Shown one piece after another: positions 53,951 to 64,000 of a stretch of DNA of 64,000 bases. Both the position numbers and the translations under genes were made by a program. Below the pieces are notes generated by a model. That model saw nothing but the letters and a program-made list of their open reading frames with translations, searched no databases and had not been told where the DNA came from. Source of the DNA: Candidatus Marinacidobacterales bacterium (GTDB lineage: Bacteria > Acidobacteriota > Vicinamibacteria > Marinacidobacterales > DATDRI01); contig OZ245365.1 of the NCBI GenBank assembly GCA_965226495.1, forward strand, positions 1,312,001-1,376,000. Reading direction: 5' to 3'. Positions within the stretch are counted from its first letter, which is position 1. Each line of letters begins with the position of its first letter.

Positions 53951-54358
53951 CTACCGAAACGCATTAGCGACTTCGGCGGAGTTTATATACTCTTCGTAAC
54001 TCACGATTTTTCCTTCAACTATTTTGAGGACATGCACAAAGGGAGCGGTGTATGTCTTGCCCGTCGATTTGACCTTGCTTTTTTCACTGCCGGTGACGAG
54101 AACCGTGTCACCCGATGGGTAGAAGTGGTCGAGGTCCATACCAAGAGGTTCGGCGACTTCGCCGTAATCCGCAAAAAATTGAATGACGCCGTCGTGCCCG
54201 GTGTACACGCCTGAAAACGGAATCGTCGTGGCATCGCCGTAATAGATCCATTGAATGTCGTCCGACATGAGGGTCAGCGCCCCGTCCATATCGCCGCCGA
54301 CAAGTGTCTCGTACATTCTCTTGGCGATTTCTATATTCTTCTGGTCAGTATCCACCAT
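53951..54358 (-). CDS. SnoaL/NTF2-like protein
   Basis: PFSGVYTGHDGV..FF, TGKTY..FVHV and EEYINS. Confidence 0.85.
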   Translation of the reverse strand: MVDTDQKNIEIAKRMYETLVGGDMDGALTLMSDDIQWIYYGDATTIPFSGVYTGHDGVIQFFADYGEVAEPLGMDLDHFYPSGDTVLVTGSEKSKVKSTGKTYTAPFVHVLKIVEGKIVSYEEYINSAEVANAFR

Positions 54359-54370
54359 GCACCGCCCCAG

Positions 54371-55057
54371 TTATCGTTCTGTGCTTTTAAACGTTCCAAT
54401 GTATGCCGCCACGCTTCGAAGTGAATGGTCATTGTCGAGTGCCGCAGCGAACGGTTTCATTTGCATACCTGGCTTATCTTTTTCATGCGAGCCCCGCATC
54501 CCGCTTCGATAGCTTTCGAGCTGCCTCAGAACATACCAATCCTGTAACCCGGCCAAGGCCGGAGACTGCAACTCGAGATTGCCTTCGCCGACATTTCCGT
54601 GGCAGTTTGCACACTCCTTTGAGTAGATTTCCCTACCGTCGGCGACCGGGTGTCGAAGCGTCTCTTCCGAATCCGCCGTTGGCAATGTCAGAATGAAGGC
54701 CACAACGTCGTCAACGGATTGGTCGTCCGGTAACGCATTGGCCCGCCCGTTCATCTGCCAGCCGTAGAAATCCTCTACGCCGCCACGAATCTGCTCGCGA
54801 TAGTAGCGCAAGTGTCGCTCCAGATAGTCTCGATCCAACTGCGTCAAATTTGGCGCATTCATTCCGACGTTGCCTTCGCCGTAGACTCCGTGGCAGGCCA
54901 CGCATGTCGTGAAGTAGGCCTTACCACGATCAATATCGCCACGAGCCTCGGGAGCAGGACTTAGCGCGTCGTTAGGCGGGGCAGTATCGGAGCAGGACGG
55001 CAGGATGACTGCCACGCCTAGCAAGGCTATCGTTGGTCGAAAACCCGAGAACGTCAC
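54371..55057 (-). CDS. Diheme cytochrome c4-type lipoprotein
   Basis: CVACHG and CANCHG, PALAGLQDWYV, lipobox LPSC; GTG start overlaps the upstream stop. Confidence 0.88.
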   Translation of the reverse strand: MTFSGFRPTIALLGVAVILPSCSDTAPPNDALSPAPEARGDIDRGKAYFTTCVACHGVYGEGNVGMNAPNLTQLDRDYLERHLRYYREQIRGGVEDFYGWQMNGRANALPDDQSVDDVVAFILTLPTADSEETLRHPVADGREIYSKECANCHGNVGEGNLELQSPALAGLQDWYVLRQLESYRSGMRGSHEKDKPGMQMKPFAAALDNDHSLRSVAAYIGTFKSTER

Positions 55058-56538
55058 TATGACGTTCCTAGGAAAGAGTGAAACACACCGTGGGGGTCGT
55101 ATTGCTGTCGGAGCCGCTGCAGGCGCTTCCAGTTGTCCGCCGAGAAACAAAGGCGACTCTCTCTGGTTTCCTGACTAAACTCGTTGAGATAATGGCCAAC
55201 GGCAAACGCCTGCATATCGTCGTAAAAGTCCTTCAACCAGGCCAGATTCGCTTTGTCGTCCGCAGCATTTCCCCATTGTGCGTAAGCCGACATGTAGAAC
55301 TTCCCGGTCAACGAATAAGCCGCATCGGGGAACTCCAACGCACCACGATAAAGGATGACCGGAGTGTCACTTGGCGATGGTGCCAGCCTCATGTGACGTT
55401 CGACGACCTCAGCCGCTTCGACGGCACGTTCTGTAAAGATATTGTCGGCACTGGCCCGGCTTTGCGGAAACGGTCCTTCATTCTCCTGGTATAGCATTTC
55501 AAAGGTCGCGGGCCGGTCCAGGATCGTATCAATGGCTCTTCTCGCGACTTTTTCCGCGCGAATAGGCGCGAGCATTTCTTTCGCTTCTGCCTGGGTATCA
55601 ACGAAGGCCGTTGCGTTCAACAGCACGACTCTTTCACAACGGTCTGCCGAACATTCATCATCGGCCGGTATGACAGCGCCCAGCATCTCAACCGATGGAT
55701 TCATCCCGGGGCCAATTCGGTCCATCATCTCTACCGTCGGTATCAATTCCTCGTAGGGAAGGATGTACGTATCGACCGTGATCGCCTTGGGCAAAGAGTA
55801 ACAGCGGAGATAGAAACGAGTCACGACGAAGAACAAACCCGGGCCGCCACCGCGTGCTGCCCAGAAGAGCTCCGGGTTCTCCTGGGCGTTGATATGAATC
55901 AGCTCGCCGTCCGCGGTGACCGCGTCGAGCGCCTCGATGTTGAACGTGCTCATGCCGCCCCAGGCGACCCCATTCAATCCAAGGCCTCCCCCGAGCAAAT
56001 ATCCGCTGAGCGGCACCATGCCGCAATGTGCGGTGGGAAACGCGAGGCCGTGCTCGCCGAGTCGCGTCACCAGGTCGCGGCCGAGGACGCCGGCCCCAAC
56101 GACCGCTTGCTTGGCGGTGGCGTTGATCTCGACGGACTGGAAGCGGGACAAGTCAAGTAGGATACCGCTGTCGCGCAGGTAACAACCGCTCCAGCTATGG
56201 CCACCCGTGCGGGTTTTGATTCGCATCCCGTTCTGTCTTGCGAAGTTGACGGTCGTAACAACGTCTTCAGGAGAGTCGGCCTGCACAATCAATTCCGGGC
56301 GCCGATCGAACTTACGGTAGTTCCAGATCATGGAATGGCGCCACGGCTCATAGTTCGTCGTGTCGCGAAGAACGACCGTTCCTTCGATACGGCGCTGTAA
56401 TTCGGTGGCTTCTCGTTCGCCGATTTTGATTGCCGATGCAAGCACGCCGGTACTGTTGGGCAGAATCAATCCCGCCGCCAGCACATGGCTCGTCTGTCGA
56501 ATGAACTTGCGGCGCTCGTGATCAACTCCCTTTTTCAT
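55057..56538 (-). CDS. Tat-exported VAO/BBE-family FAD oxidoreductase
   Basis: ERRKFI Tat motif, RTGGHS covalent-FAD His, LFWAARGGG and YDPHGVF. Confidence 0.92.
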   Translation of the reverse strand: MKKGVDHERRKFIRQTSHVLAAGLILPNSTGVLASAIKIGEREATELQRRIEGTVVLRDTTNYEPWRHSMIWNYRKFDRRPELIVQADSPEDVVTTVNFARQNGMRIKTRTGGHSWSGCYLRDSGILLDLSRFQSVEINATAKQAVVGAGVLGRDLVTRLGEHGLAFPTAHCGMVPLSGYLLGGGLGLNGVAWGGMSTFNIEALDAVTADGELIHINAQENPELFWAARGGGPGLFFVVTRFYLRCYSLPKAITVDTYILPYEELIPTVEMMDRIGPGMNPSVEMLGAVIPADDECSADRCERVVLLNATAFVDTQAEAKEMLAPIRAEKVARRAIDTILDRPATFEMLYQENEGPFPQSRASADNIFTERAVEAAEVVERHMRLAPSPSDTPVILYRGALEFPDAAYSLTGKFYMSAYAQWGNAADDKANLAWLKDFYDDMQAFAVGHYLNEFSQETRESRLCFSADNWKRLQRLRQQYDPHGVFHSFLGTS

Positions 56539-56663
56539 GGACTACGTTTCCTTCGAAGCTTGGTGCTGGGATCGAGTGAGGTGGCCAGCCCCTTTGAGCG
56601 TGAAAAATAGCCTTCTACGTGCTGTAAAGTCAACGAGTAGACAGGCCCCGGCTTGCGTGCGAG
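55951..56663. repeat. Diverged direct repeat, copy A (copy B 62325-63052)
   Basis: 5' part of the FAD oxidase, the intergenic region and the last ~60 bp of the HNH gene are shared. Confidence 0.9.
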
Positions 56664-56682
56664 GCCGTTCAAGCGTGCATCG

Positions 56683-57603
56683 CTATTCTGGGGATTGGCC
56701 TTCGAGGGCGAGTGCGATGGCACCGATCGTCTCGGGCGTCGTGCGGCAGCACCCGCCGATGAGGCGCGCACCGGCCGCGTACCACTCGGGGGCGCACGCG
56801 ACGATCGGGGGGGACCCTTCGGCCGGAAGCCAGCGATGCCGAGCGGCGTCCCACGTCTCCCCCCTGTTTGGGTAGACGGCGAGGAGCTTCTCCGTCGCGC
56901 CGCGCGCCGAATCGAGGAGACCCGAGACGTGTTGGGGCGCGGTGCAGTTGATTCCCGTCGCGACAACCTTGTCCAAGCCACTCACCAGCCGCACGCAATC
57001 GGCGAATGACTCGCCGTGGCAGACCTCCGTTTCGTTCCGGCAGCTGAAAGTAATCCATGCGGCGGTATCCGGGGCCTCCTCGAGCAGTGCGACGATCGCT
57101 TCCGCTTCCAGGAGGCACGGAACCGTCTCGAAGGCGAGAAGGTCGGGCTCCGCGCTCAGCAGCGCCTCCATTCGAGGCCGATGGAAACGGATGAGCTCTT
57201 CGCGATCGAGCTCATAGTCGCCCCGGTATTCGGAGCCGTCGTGCAGCACCGCGCCGTAGCATCCGATCGATGCGGCGACCAGGCCGCGTCCGTGGCGGTC
57301 CCTGGCACGCTGGGCGAGCTCGACCGACAGCCGTAGCAGCCGTCGAGCTTCTGCCTCGTCCAGCCCTCGGGCCGCGAAACCCTCGAAGCTTGCCTGATAG
57401 CTCGCGCTCGTAGCCACGTCGGCGCCCGCTCGGAAATAGTCGTAGTGCAGGGCCTCGATCTTCTCCGGTGCCTCGAAGAGGAGCTTCGCCGACCAGAGGG
57501 GGTCGTTCAAATCCTCTCCGCGCCGCTCGAGCTCAGTGGCGAGCGCGCCATCGAGCAGTACATAGCCCTTGTCGTCGATGAGCGGTCTCAGCAGATCGTT
57601 CAT
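56683..57603 (-). CDS. mmuM: Homocysteine S-methyltransferase
   Basis: LDGALATELE, LWSAKLL, GSEYRGDY, GINC, YPN and IGGCCRTTP. Confidence 0.93.
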   Translation of the reverse strand: MNDLLRPLIDDKGYVLLDGALATELERRGEDLNDPLWSAKLLFEAPEKIEALHYDYFRAGADVATSASYQASFEGFAARGLDEAEARRLLRLSVELAQRARDRHGRGLVAASIGCYGAVLHDGSEYRGDYELDREELIRFHRPRMEALLSAEPDLLAFETVPCLLEAEAIVALLEEAPDTAAWITFSCRNETEVCHGESFADCVRLVSGLDKVVATGINCTAPQHVSGLLDSARGATEKLLAVYPNRGETWDAARHRWLPAEGSPPIVACAPEWYAAGARLIGGCCRTTPETIGAIALALEGQSPE

Positions 57604-58079
57604 GGCTGTTATTTTAGTGTTTCGCGCCAGGTAATTCGTCGGGCCCGCCATTCATCAGTGACTCAATGAGTAAACAGGTCGAAGCGATCGGCTAGGTCTG
57701 CAGTTTCGTTCGAAGAGCCTTAACGCTTACCGGATCGAAACGGAGCTCTCGTTTCAGAAGCATGGAGCCCCGGAGCTGCCTTCCCATGAGTCCCTCATAC
57801 CGGTGCGGGTGAGCGCGGAGGGGCTCACCTCCTGAGCGTCTGCCCATCAACAGCTTCGCGCTTTTGCCCTGGGCCAGGGTTCACGTTGGTGGAGCGTCGC
57901 GCAAAGAACTCGTACGGAAACGCCGTCGTGTCTTAGGAGGACGCTTGGGCCGGGGAACACATGGGCTCGGACGCGGACGACACCTTGCCCTTAGAGACGA
58001 AAAAAAAGACCGTCTCCTCCCCCCAAAAGCGGAAATCGCTTGAGGCATTACCACCCCAAACTCGTCTTGACCAGTTCGT

Positions 58080-59414
58080 ATGGAGCCGGCCGCGACATCC
58101 CAACCCAAGGCGAGTCTGGCGCTGTATCGACCTCGCCAAGCCCGGGCGAGCCCCCTGTATCAGCTTTTCGAGGCACACTACGAGGAGGTGAAGGCGCTTT
58201 GGGAGGAGCGCTTTGAAAAGGCGTACGGCTTTTGGCGAGGCTTCATCGACAAGGTGGTGGCCCGCTACCTGGATTGTGGCACCGGAGAAGGAGGCTTCGC
58301 TCGGCTTCGCTGCGAGGAGTGTCATCTCGAGCGACTTTTGACGTTCTCCTGCCGTCCAAGAGGGATCTGCCCGTCGTGCGACGCGAAGCGAGCCGCAGCG
58401 TTTGCGGCTCTGCTTCACGATGAGGTGCTCGAGGACGTGCCTCATCAGATGTGGGTGTTCACGATCCCCAGGATGCTGAGAGTTTACTTTCTTCACCATC
58501 GGGAGCTTTTGGGCGAGCTATCTCGTATCGCGTATGAAACCGTCCAAGAGCTGATGGCAACGGCCTGCTTCGAAGACGACTCCTTCCGCCCGGGGATGGT
58601 CTCAGTCGTGCAGACGTTTGGGGAAGCGGCACGATTCCACCCGCATGTGCATGGTCTTTGTTCTCGAGGAGGTTGGAATGCCCGCGGGGAGTGGATCCCA
58701 GTGCCGTACATCGATACCCAAAAGGCAGAGCAGTTATTTCGTCATCGCGTGATGGGCTCGCTCAGGGACAAAGGCTTATTGAGCGAGCAGCGCATCAAGC
58801 TGCTCCTTTCCTGGAGGAAAAGTGGTTTCAGCATTGACGATTCGGTTCGCATCCCAGCCGGTGAACAACCCATGCTGGAGCGCGTCGCTCGGTACATGCT
58901 GCGAGCTCCAGTGAGCTTGTCGCGACTCCGATGGGCTCGAGGCGACGGTGAAGTCTTCTATGCCGCAAAGCGAGCCCACGACGATCCCGAGCACCCATCT
59001 ATAGAAGGACAACGTCTCGATACACTGGAGTTTCTAGCTCGAGTGATCGCGCAGATCCCAGAGCCGAGGAGACATTTGGTTTGTTACTACGGCCACTACG
59101 CCCACGTCGTGCGAGGAAGGCGTCGAAAGAGCCAAACGCAAAGACAAGTTCTGGACCAGGGCCTTGCTTCTCACCCATACGAGTCAACTTTGAGCCCGCA
59201 GCGCAAGGCTGCCCTTCGACGCCGATGGGCCCATCTCATCCGACGGGTGTTTGAAGTCGACCCGCTCGTTTGCCCCCAATGCGCGGGACCACTCCGCGTC
59301 GTGGCCTTCATCACCGAGCCGCGAGTCATCCGAAAGATCCTCGACCATCTCAAAAAGCGTAACCGCCATAACCGGGCCCCACCTCAGCAACCACCCCTCT
59401 CCCTCAGGGCCTAG
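58080..59414 (+). CDS. IS91-family rolling-circle (Y2/HUH) transposase
   Basis: Zn domain CEEC..FSC..RGICPSC, HPHVH, SGFS and YYGHY. Confidence 0.9.
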   Translation: MEPAATSQPKASLALYRPRQARASPLYQLFEAHYEEVKALWEERFEKAYGFWRGFIDKVVARYLDCGTGEGGFARLRCEECHLERLLTFSCRPRGICPSCDAKRAAAFAALLHDEVLEDVPHQMWVFTIPRMLRVYFLHHRELLGELSRIAYETVQELMATACFEDDSFRPGMVSVVQTFGEAARFHPHVHGLCSRGGWNARGEWIPVPYIDTQKAEQLFRHRVMGSLRDKGLLSEQRIKLLLSWRKSGFSIDDSVRIPAGEQPMLERVARYMLRAPVSLSRLRWARGDGEVFYAAKRAHDDPEHPSIEGQRLDTLEFLARVIAQIPEPRRHLVCYYGHYAHVVRGRRRKSQTQRQVLDQGLASHPYESTLSPQRKAALRRRWAHLIRRVFEVDPLVCPQCAGPLRVVAFITEPRVIRKILDHLKKRNRHNRAPPQQPPLSLRA

Positions 59415-59543
59415 GCCCCACACGACATCTGCCAATTCGACGCCCGTCGTGTATCTCCTCGAGGACCAGGCATCGGTACCAGCACATACCCTTTCCCCAT
59501 TAGCTCGAATGTGCTATTTTCCGGACCTACCGACAGCCGAAGC

Positions 59544-60334
59544 GGTACTGACAATTTAATCGCGTATGAGCCACAATCGACGGATGAATAGACCTGCATC
59601 GATGTACGAACGGCACCGTTTTCCACCCGAGATCATTCAGCACGTTGTCTGGCTCTATCATCGCTTCAATCTGAGCAGCCGCGATATCGAGGATCTTATG
59701 GCCGAGCGTGGCATCGCGATGAGTTACGAGTCGATCCGATTGTGGTGTATCAAGTTTGGTCCCAAGTACGCCAGGCGACTTCGGCGCCGGCATCAGGGTT
59801 ACGGTGATACTTTCTTTATTGACGAGGTCTTCGTCAAGATTCAGGGCAGGCAACACTATCTTTGGCGGGCAGTTGACCAGGACGGCGAGGTTGTGGATGT
59901 GTTTTTACAGCGCCGCAGAGATGGAAAGGCAGCAAAGCGTTTCTTCAAGCGGTTGCTACGAACGAGTGGCTGTGAACCCAGAGGAATCGTCACCGACAAG
60001 CTGAGGAGCTACGGTGTCGCTCACCGCGAACTCATCCCGGATACGATCCATGACACCTCCCAATACGCCAATAATCGAGCCGAGCTTTCACATCAGCCAA
60101 CCAGGGTTAGGGAGCGAGGCATGCGGCGCTTCAAGTCAACGCATCAGGCCCAACGGTTTCTGAGCACGCACGCTGCTGTCTACAATCTTTTCTATTTGGG
60201 GCGGCACTTGATATCGGCCAAACACTATCGAGTTTTCCGACAACGTGTCTTTGCGTCTTGGAATCGTGCGGCGGCAACATAAGTCGTGCATACACGGAAA
60301 ATAGCACGAGCCGAGAAGTTAATTTGTCAGTACC
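59544..60334 (+). mobile_element. IS6-family insertion sequence
   Basis: IRs GGTACTGACAATTTAA and TTAATTTGTCAGTACC; 791 bp; no TSD. Confidence 0.9.
59566..60282 (+). CDS. IS6 family transposase
   Basis: IDEVFVKI, YLWRAVD, VTDKLRSY and NNRAELSHQP. Confidence 0.95.
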   Translation: MSHNRRMNRPASMYERHRFPPEIIQHVVWLYHRFNLSSRDIEDLMAERGIAMSYESIRLWCIKFGPKYARRLRRRHQGYGDTFFIDEVFVKIQGRQHYLWRAVDQDGEVVDVFLQRRRDGKAAKRFFKRLLRTSGCEPRGIVTDKLRSYGVAHRELIPDTIHDTSQYANNRAELSHQPTRVRERGMRRFKSTHQAQRFLSTHAAVYNLFYLGRHLISAKHYRVFRQRVFASWNRAAAT

Positions 60335-60427
60335 CAGGCAGGCGATTGACAGAGAAAATTACAGCAACCAGAGTTTTTAATGCGAATAAAGTCATTTAAC
60401 GATAACGAAAGTTGAAGGAGAAAGTTA

Positions 60428-61658
60428 TGAAGCCATTTCCGACGCAATTTATAAAACCCAAGGTGACCTCCCATTTTGTATTTCTTGCGATCCTTGGTCT
60501 AACGGCCAGCTACAGCCACGCTCAGGACAATGATTTCACCAATGCACTCGAGGCCAGGGTGGCAGCACGCTGGGATTATGAGGCCGAAAGACAAAAGACA
60601 TTGTTGGACAAAGACAAGTTTACTGTCTTCCTGGCGGGTACAGGATCCCCTACCAATCGTAACCGGCTTATGTCGGGCACTGCGGTATTTGCAAACGGAA
60701 AATTTTTCTTGTTTGACGCAGGCGACGGGACGGTGGAAAAGATGGAGCAGATGGGGCTTCCGTTACCGGAGGTCGACGCGGTTCGTCACACATTTTCATT
60801 CGGATCATATAGACGACTTAGGAGCAATCGTACAAAGGAGCTATATTTTGGGTCGTCGAACCTTCCTGCCCATTTTCGGTGGAGAAGTATTCGTCACACA
60901 TTTTATCGGATCATATAGACGACTTAGGAGCAATCGTACAAAGGAGCTATAGTCGTCGAACCTTCCTGCCCATTTTCGGTGGAGAAGGTATTGAAGAAAT
61001 TGTGGAGGCGATCCACAAATTTTATGCACCGGATTTCAGCTACAGGACGGGTCATCACGGAGAGAAATATATGCCCTCCAATCTTGGCCATGCATTTAAG
61101 GGCATGACTATTCGCTTCGATGGTTCGGAACACGGCGAAGGCCACGGTCTAGGCCACGGTATTGGCCACCTCCATGCACCGGATGACGGCCATATAGTCT
61201 ATGCGCAAGACGGAGTCGTAGTGACAGCTTTCACGGTGACTCACGATCCGATTCATCCCGCTTTGGGTTACAGGGTGGATTACGACGGTAAATCTGTAGT
61301 GATCAGTGGAGATTCTAGCGATATGCCAAACCTTCACAAATTCAGCAAGGGGGCTGATGTTCTCGTCGCTGAGGTGATGAATAAGAAAGTCGAAGAGCAG
61401 ATGGAGAATTTTCACAGAGAATTGGGGCATCCTGGTAGAGCAAAAATATTCTTCGATATTCGTAATTATCATTTGAGTACGGATGACGTCGGGAAAATCG
61501 CTGCCGAAGCAGAGGTCAAGACTCTATTATTGACACACCTTATTCCCTCTACTGACGATGAGGACTATATGAATCGGGTTTTCAGAGATGAAGTCGCAAA
61601 GTATTTCAAAGGTAATATTATTCTCGGCAAGGATGGAACGGAATATGTAATTCCCTAG
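60428..61658 (+). pseudogene. MBL-fold (RNase Z/arylsulfatase-like) hydrolase broken by a ~108 bp tandem duplication
   Basis: GTGSP, FDAG, THFHSDH, ISGD and LTHLIP are spread over three frames. Confidence 0.8.
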
Positions 61659-61732
61659 TTTCCTCCCATCCAACCGTACGCGTCCGATTAGGCGCGTACA
61701 GTTTATCGCACCCAACAACGTCGTAGTTAACT

Positions 61733-61966
61733 ATGGAGAAAACCATGAGTTTTAATATATGTCGCCCCGGCCATGATCTCGAGCTCAAGGTTCATGACGG
61801 TATCATCGGAGCAGTCACGCTGTTGAGTGTGGTTGCCGGTTCAATGTTCAATCCTGCGTGGTTCTGGCTCGCGGGTGCTATTGGTGTCGTCATGATCGGC
61901 AGCGCTTTTACGGGTTTCTGCCCGCTCCACTTCGTGCTCGGCAAAGCCATCCGGCCGGCAAACTAA
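61733..61966 (+). CDS. DUF2892/YgaP-like membrane protein
   Basis: Two TM helices and SAFTGFCP. Confidence 0.8.
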   Translation: MEKTMSFNICRPGHDLELKVHDGIIGAVTLLSVVAGSMFNPAWFWLAGAIGVVMIGSAFTGFCPLHFVLGKAIRPAN

Positions 61967-62246
61967 CGGCGCTGTTAGGTCCGGCTATGGGGTGGTCTTT
62001 TGTACAAGCAAACGACCCGGCTCAACTCGGCACTATCAACAGGGACTGACTTGGAAATCAAGCATGGTGAATCCTTGACGGTCTCAATGACGGTACCGCG
62101 CACTGGTGACGAGGGCTGCAACGGTATGTACCACGCCGCTCCTGGGCCGATTTTTCGGGTGCCCCAGGGGTTATCTGTTATGCTGGCGACGTAGTTTGAT
62201 CGGTTTTGGACGCGGCCACTTGCGGAAAAAGTGGCAACAGGGCGCT

Positions 62247-62912
62247 TCAGGATCTCGTTTCCAGCGCCGCGATCAATGGTCGTGGGTCCATCTTCCACGC
62301 AGCCGCTCTTATCTTGCGGCGATGCATGCCGCCCCAGGCGACACCATTCAATCCAAGGCCTCCCCCGAGCAAATATCCGCTGAGCGGCACCATGCCGCAA
62401 TGTGCGGTGGGAAACGCGAGTCCGTGCTCGCCGAGTCGCGTCACCAGGTCGCGGCCGAGGACGCCGGCCCCAACGACCGCTTGCTTGGCGGTGGCGTTGA
62501 TCTCGACGGACTGGAAGCGGGACAAGTCAAGTAGGATACCGCTGTCGCGCAGGTAACAACCGCTCCAGCTATGGCCACCGGTGCGCGTTTTGATTCGCAT
62601 CCCATTCTGTCTTGCGAAGTTGACCGTCGTAACAACGTCTTCGGGAGAGTCGGCCTGCACAATCAATTCCGGGCGCCGATCAAACTTACGGTAGTTCCAG
62701 ATCATGGAATGGCGCCACGGCTCATAGTTCGTCGTGTCGCGAAGAACGACCGTGCCTTCGATACGGCGCTGTAATTCTGTGGCTTCTCGCTCGCCGATTC
62801 TGATCGCCGATGCAAGCGCGCCGGTGCTGTTGGGCAGAATCAATCCCGCCGCCAGCACATGGCTCGTCTGTCGAATGAACTTGCGCCGCTCGTGATCAAC
62901 TCCCTTTTTCAT
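62247..62912 (-). pseudogene. Truncated second copy of the FAD oxidoreductase
   Basis: Near-identical to the first ~196 aa of 55057-56538, then unrelated sequence below 62325. Confidence 0.9.
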
Positions 62913-63001
62913 AGACTAGGTTTCCTTCGAAGCTAGTGCTGGGATCGAGTGACGTGGGAGCCCCTCACCCTGCCCTCTCCCAAGTTGTGGTGAAAATAGC
63001 C

Positions 63002-64000
63002 TCACACAGGCTGAAAAGTCAACGAGTAGACAGGCCCCGGCTCGCGGGCGAGACTGCCCGAGCCTCGGAATCGTTCCATCAACTCTTTCCCGTAATCGCG
63101 CTCGGCTAGATACTGATTGTGCGTGGGACACATGAGCTGAATGTTCTTTGGGCTGTGGTCTCCGCCGCGGGCATAGGGATCGTGGTGATGGAACTGAAGC
63201 CCCTGCCGCTCTTTGCAGCGTCTACCTTGTGCGTCTTCGAAGGTGCACTGATTGTCGTCCCGCTCGCTCACCGCGCGCCTCACCGGGGTCGGGATATAGC
63301 GTGACGACGGCGATGTGTCGGTTTCTTCGAGATCGCGTCTCGGCGCCCGCGTCTTGCCGTAGCGCCTCGACTCCAACCTCTCAAGCTTCTCAGTCACGGC
63401 TTCTTCAATGATCGCGGCGAGGTCGGCTTTCGGCACGAGGCTACGAAGCCGCTCGATCTTGTCCTTGAACTCGGCGCTGGCCGTGAACTGGATCTTGTAG
63501 CGCGCGGGTGCGAGCGGCTCCACGGGCCTTGGCACCGTAGCTTTTGGTAACACTACTGCGTCTGGACGCAGTTGGGCGGGCGCGGGGAGCTTGCGTATCG
63601 CCGGCGCAACATCGGGCTTCGGCGCAATCTCCGCCACCAGCTCTTCGATCTTTGCCTTGGACTTATGCGCAGCGCGCGGGAGAACCGCTTCCCGATTCGC
63701 CTCCGTGAGATGCGGAGAAAGTTTGGCGGCGCCGGTCAGGTGGATACGCCCGTCCTTCAGCATTCGGAGGAGCCCCGGGTGTTTTCGCGATGCGCGGGCA
63801 ACTCGGATGCGGAGATAAGTTTCGGCCTCCGACATGTGTAATACGTCGGTGCAATAGGTAAACATCGACGAGCACGCTTCCCGTGCGTAGAGGCGCCGCT
63901 CGTCTACCTCGGCAATGTGTGCGACCAACTCCGATTCGACGCGTCGTGATTCTTGCACCAACCCCGATAGGCGGCGAAGTAGCTCATCATCCGAAATAGT
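63002..64000 (-). CDS. DUF222-like/HNH endonuclease domain protein (5' end outside window)
   Basis: VAHIAEVDERRLY..SSMFTYC, RYIP..VRRAVSERD..C and HH..PYARGG..N..LMCPTHN; ORF is open to the window edge. Confidence 0.85.
   Translation of the reverse strand, partial: TISDDELLRRLSGLVQESRRVESELVAHIAEVDERRLYAREACSSMFTYCTDVLHMSEAETYLRIRVARASRKHPGLLRMLKDGRIHLTGAAKLSPHLTEANREAVLPRAAHKSKAKIEELVAEIAPKPDVAPAIRKLPAPAQLRPDAVVLPKATVPRPVEPLAPARYKIQFTASAEFKDKIERLRSLVPKADLAAIIEEAVTEKLERLESRRYGKTRAPRRDLEETDTSPSSRYIPTPVRRAVSERDDNQCTFEDAQGRRCKERQGLQFHHHDPYARGGDHSPKNIQLMCPTHNQYLAERDYGKELMERFRGSGSLAREPGPVYSLTFQPV

Noticed and set aside
57610-58070. Possible SAM riboswitch upstream of mmuM
   Set aside because: No SAM-I/II consensus found; mmuM looks leaderless and the region is more likely the IS91 left flank.
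61960-61980. AACTAAC..GTTAGGT resembling integron attC core sites after DUF2892
   Set aside because: Only 6 bp separate the boxes, there are no L boxes, and no integron integrase is present.

Overview
GC-rich bacterial chromosome segment. The gene content (two Hanks-type kinases with PD40 propellers, a BNR/sortilin-repeat hydrolase, a tandem DUF507 pair) suggests Acidobacteriota, which is an inference. 1-22 kb: two hydantoinase/oxoprolinase A+B pairs around an NRAMP-like transporter, a kinase flanked by two orphan antitoxins, an IS1182 element and several gene remnants. 22-33.6 kb: core genes (gap, the waaA-lpxK-lpxL-waaF-gmhB-rfaE1-rfaE2-waaC LPS operon, hsp20) ending at tRNA-Asp(GTC). From 33.6 kb: an accretion hotspot. 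A 6.9 kb island is bounded by a 50 bp tRNA-Asp direct repeat. Its integrase reads through the att core into the tRNA, so excision would swap the integrase C-terminus, and it carries relic att sites for tRNA-Leu and tRNA-Thr. Further on are a tandem-fused terminase-small-subunit-like gene (IS-interrupted, no TerL nearby), a mostly secreted amidohydrolase/FAD oxidase/cytochrome c operon, mmuM, IS91 and IS6 elements, a ~720 bp diverged duplication and a DUF222/HNH-type gene at the window edge. All calls come from reading the sequence by eye; no database searches were run.
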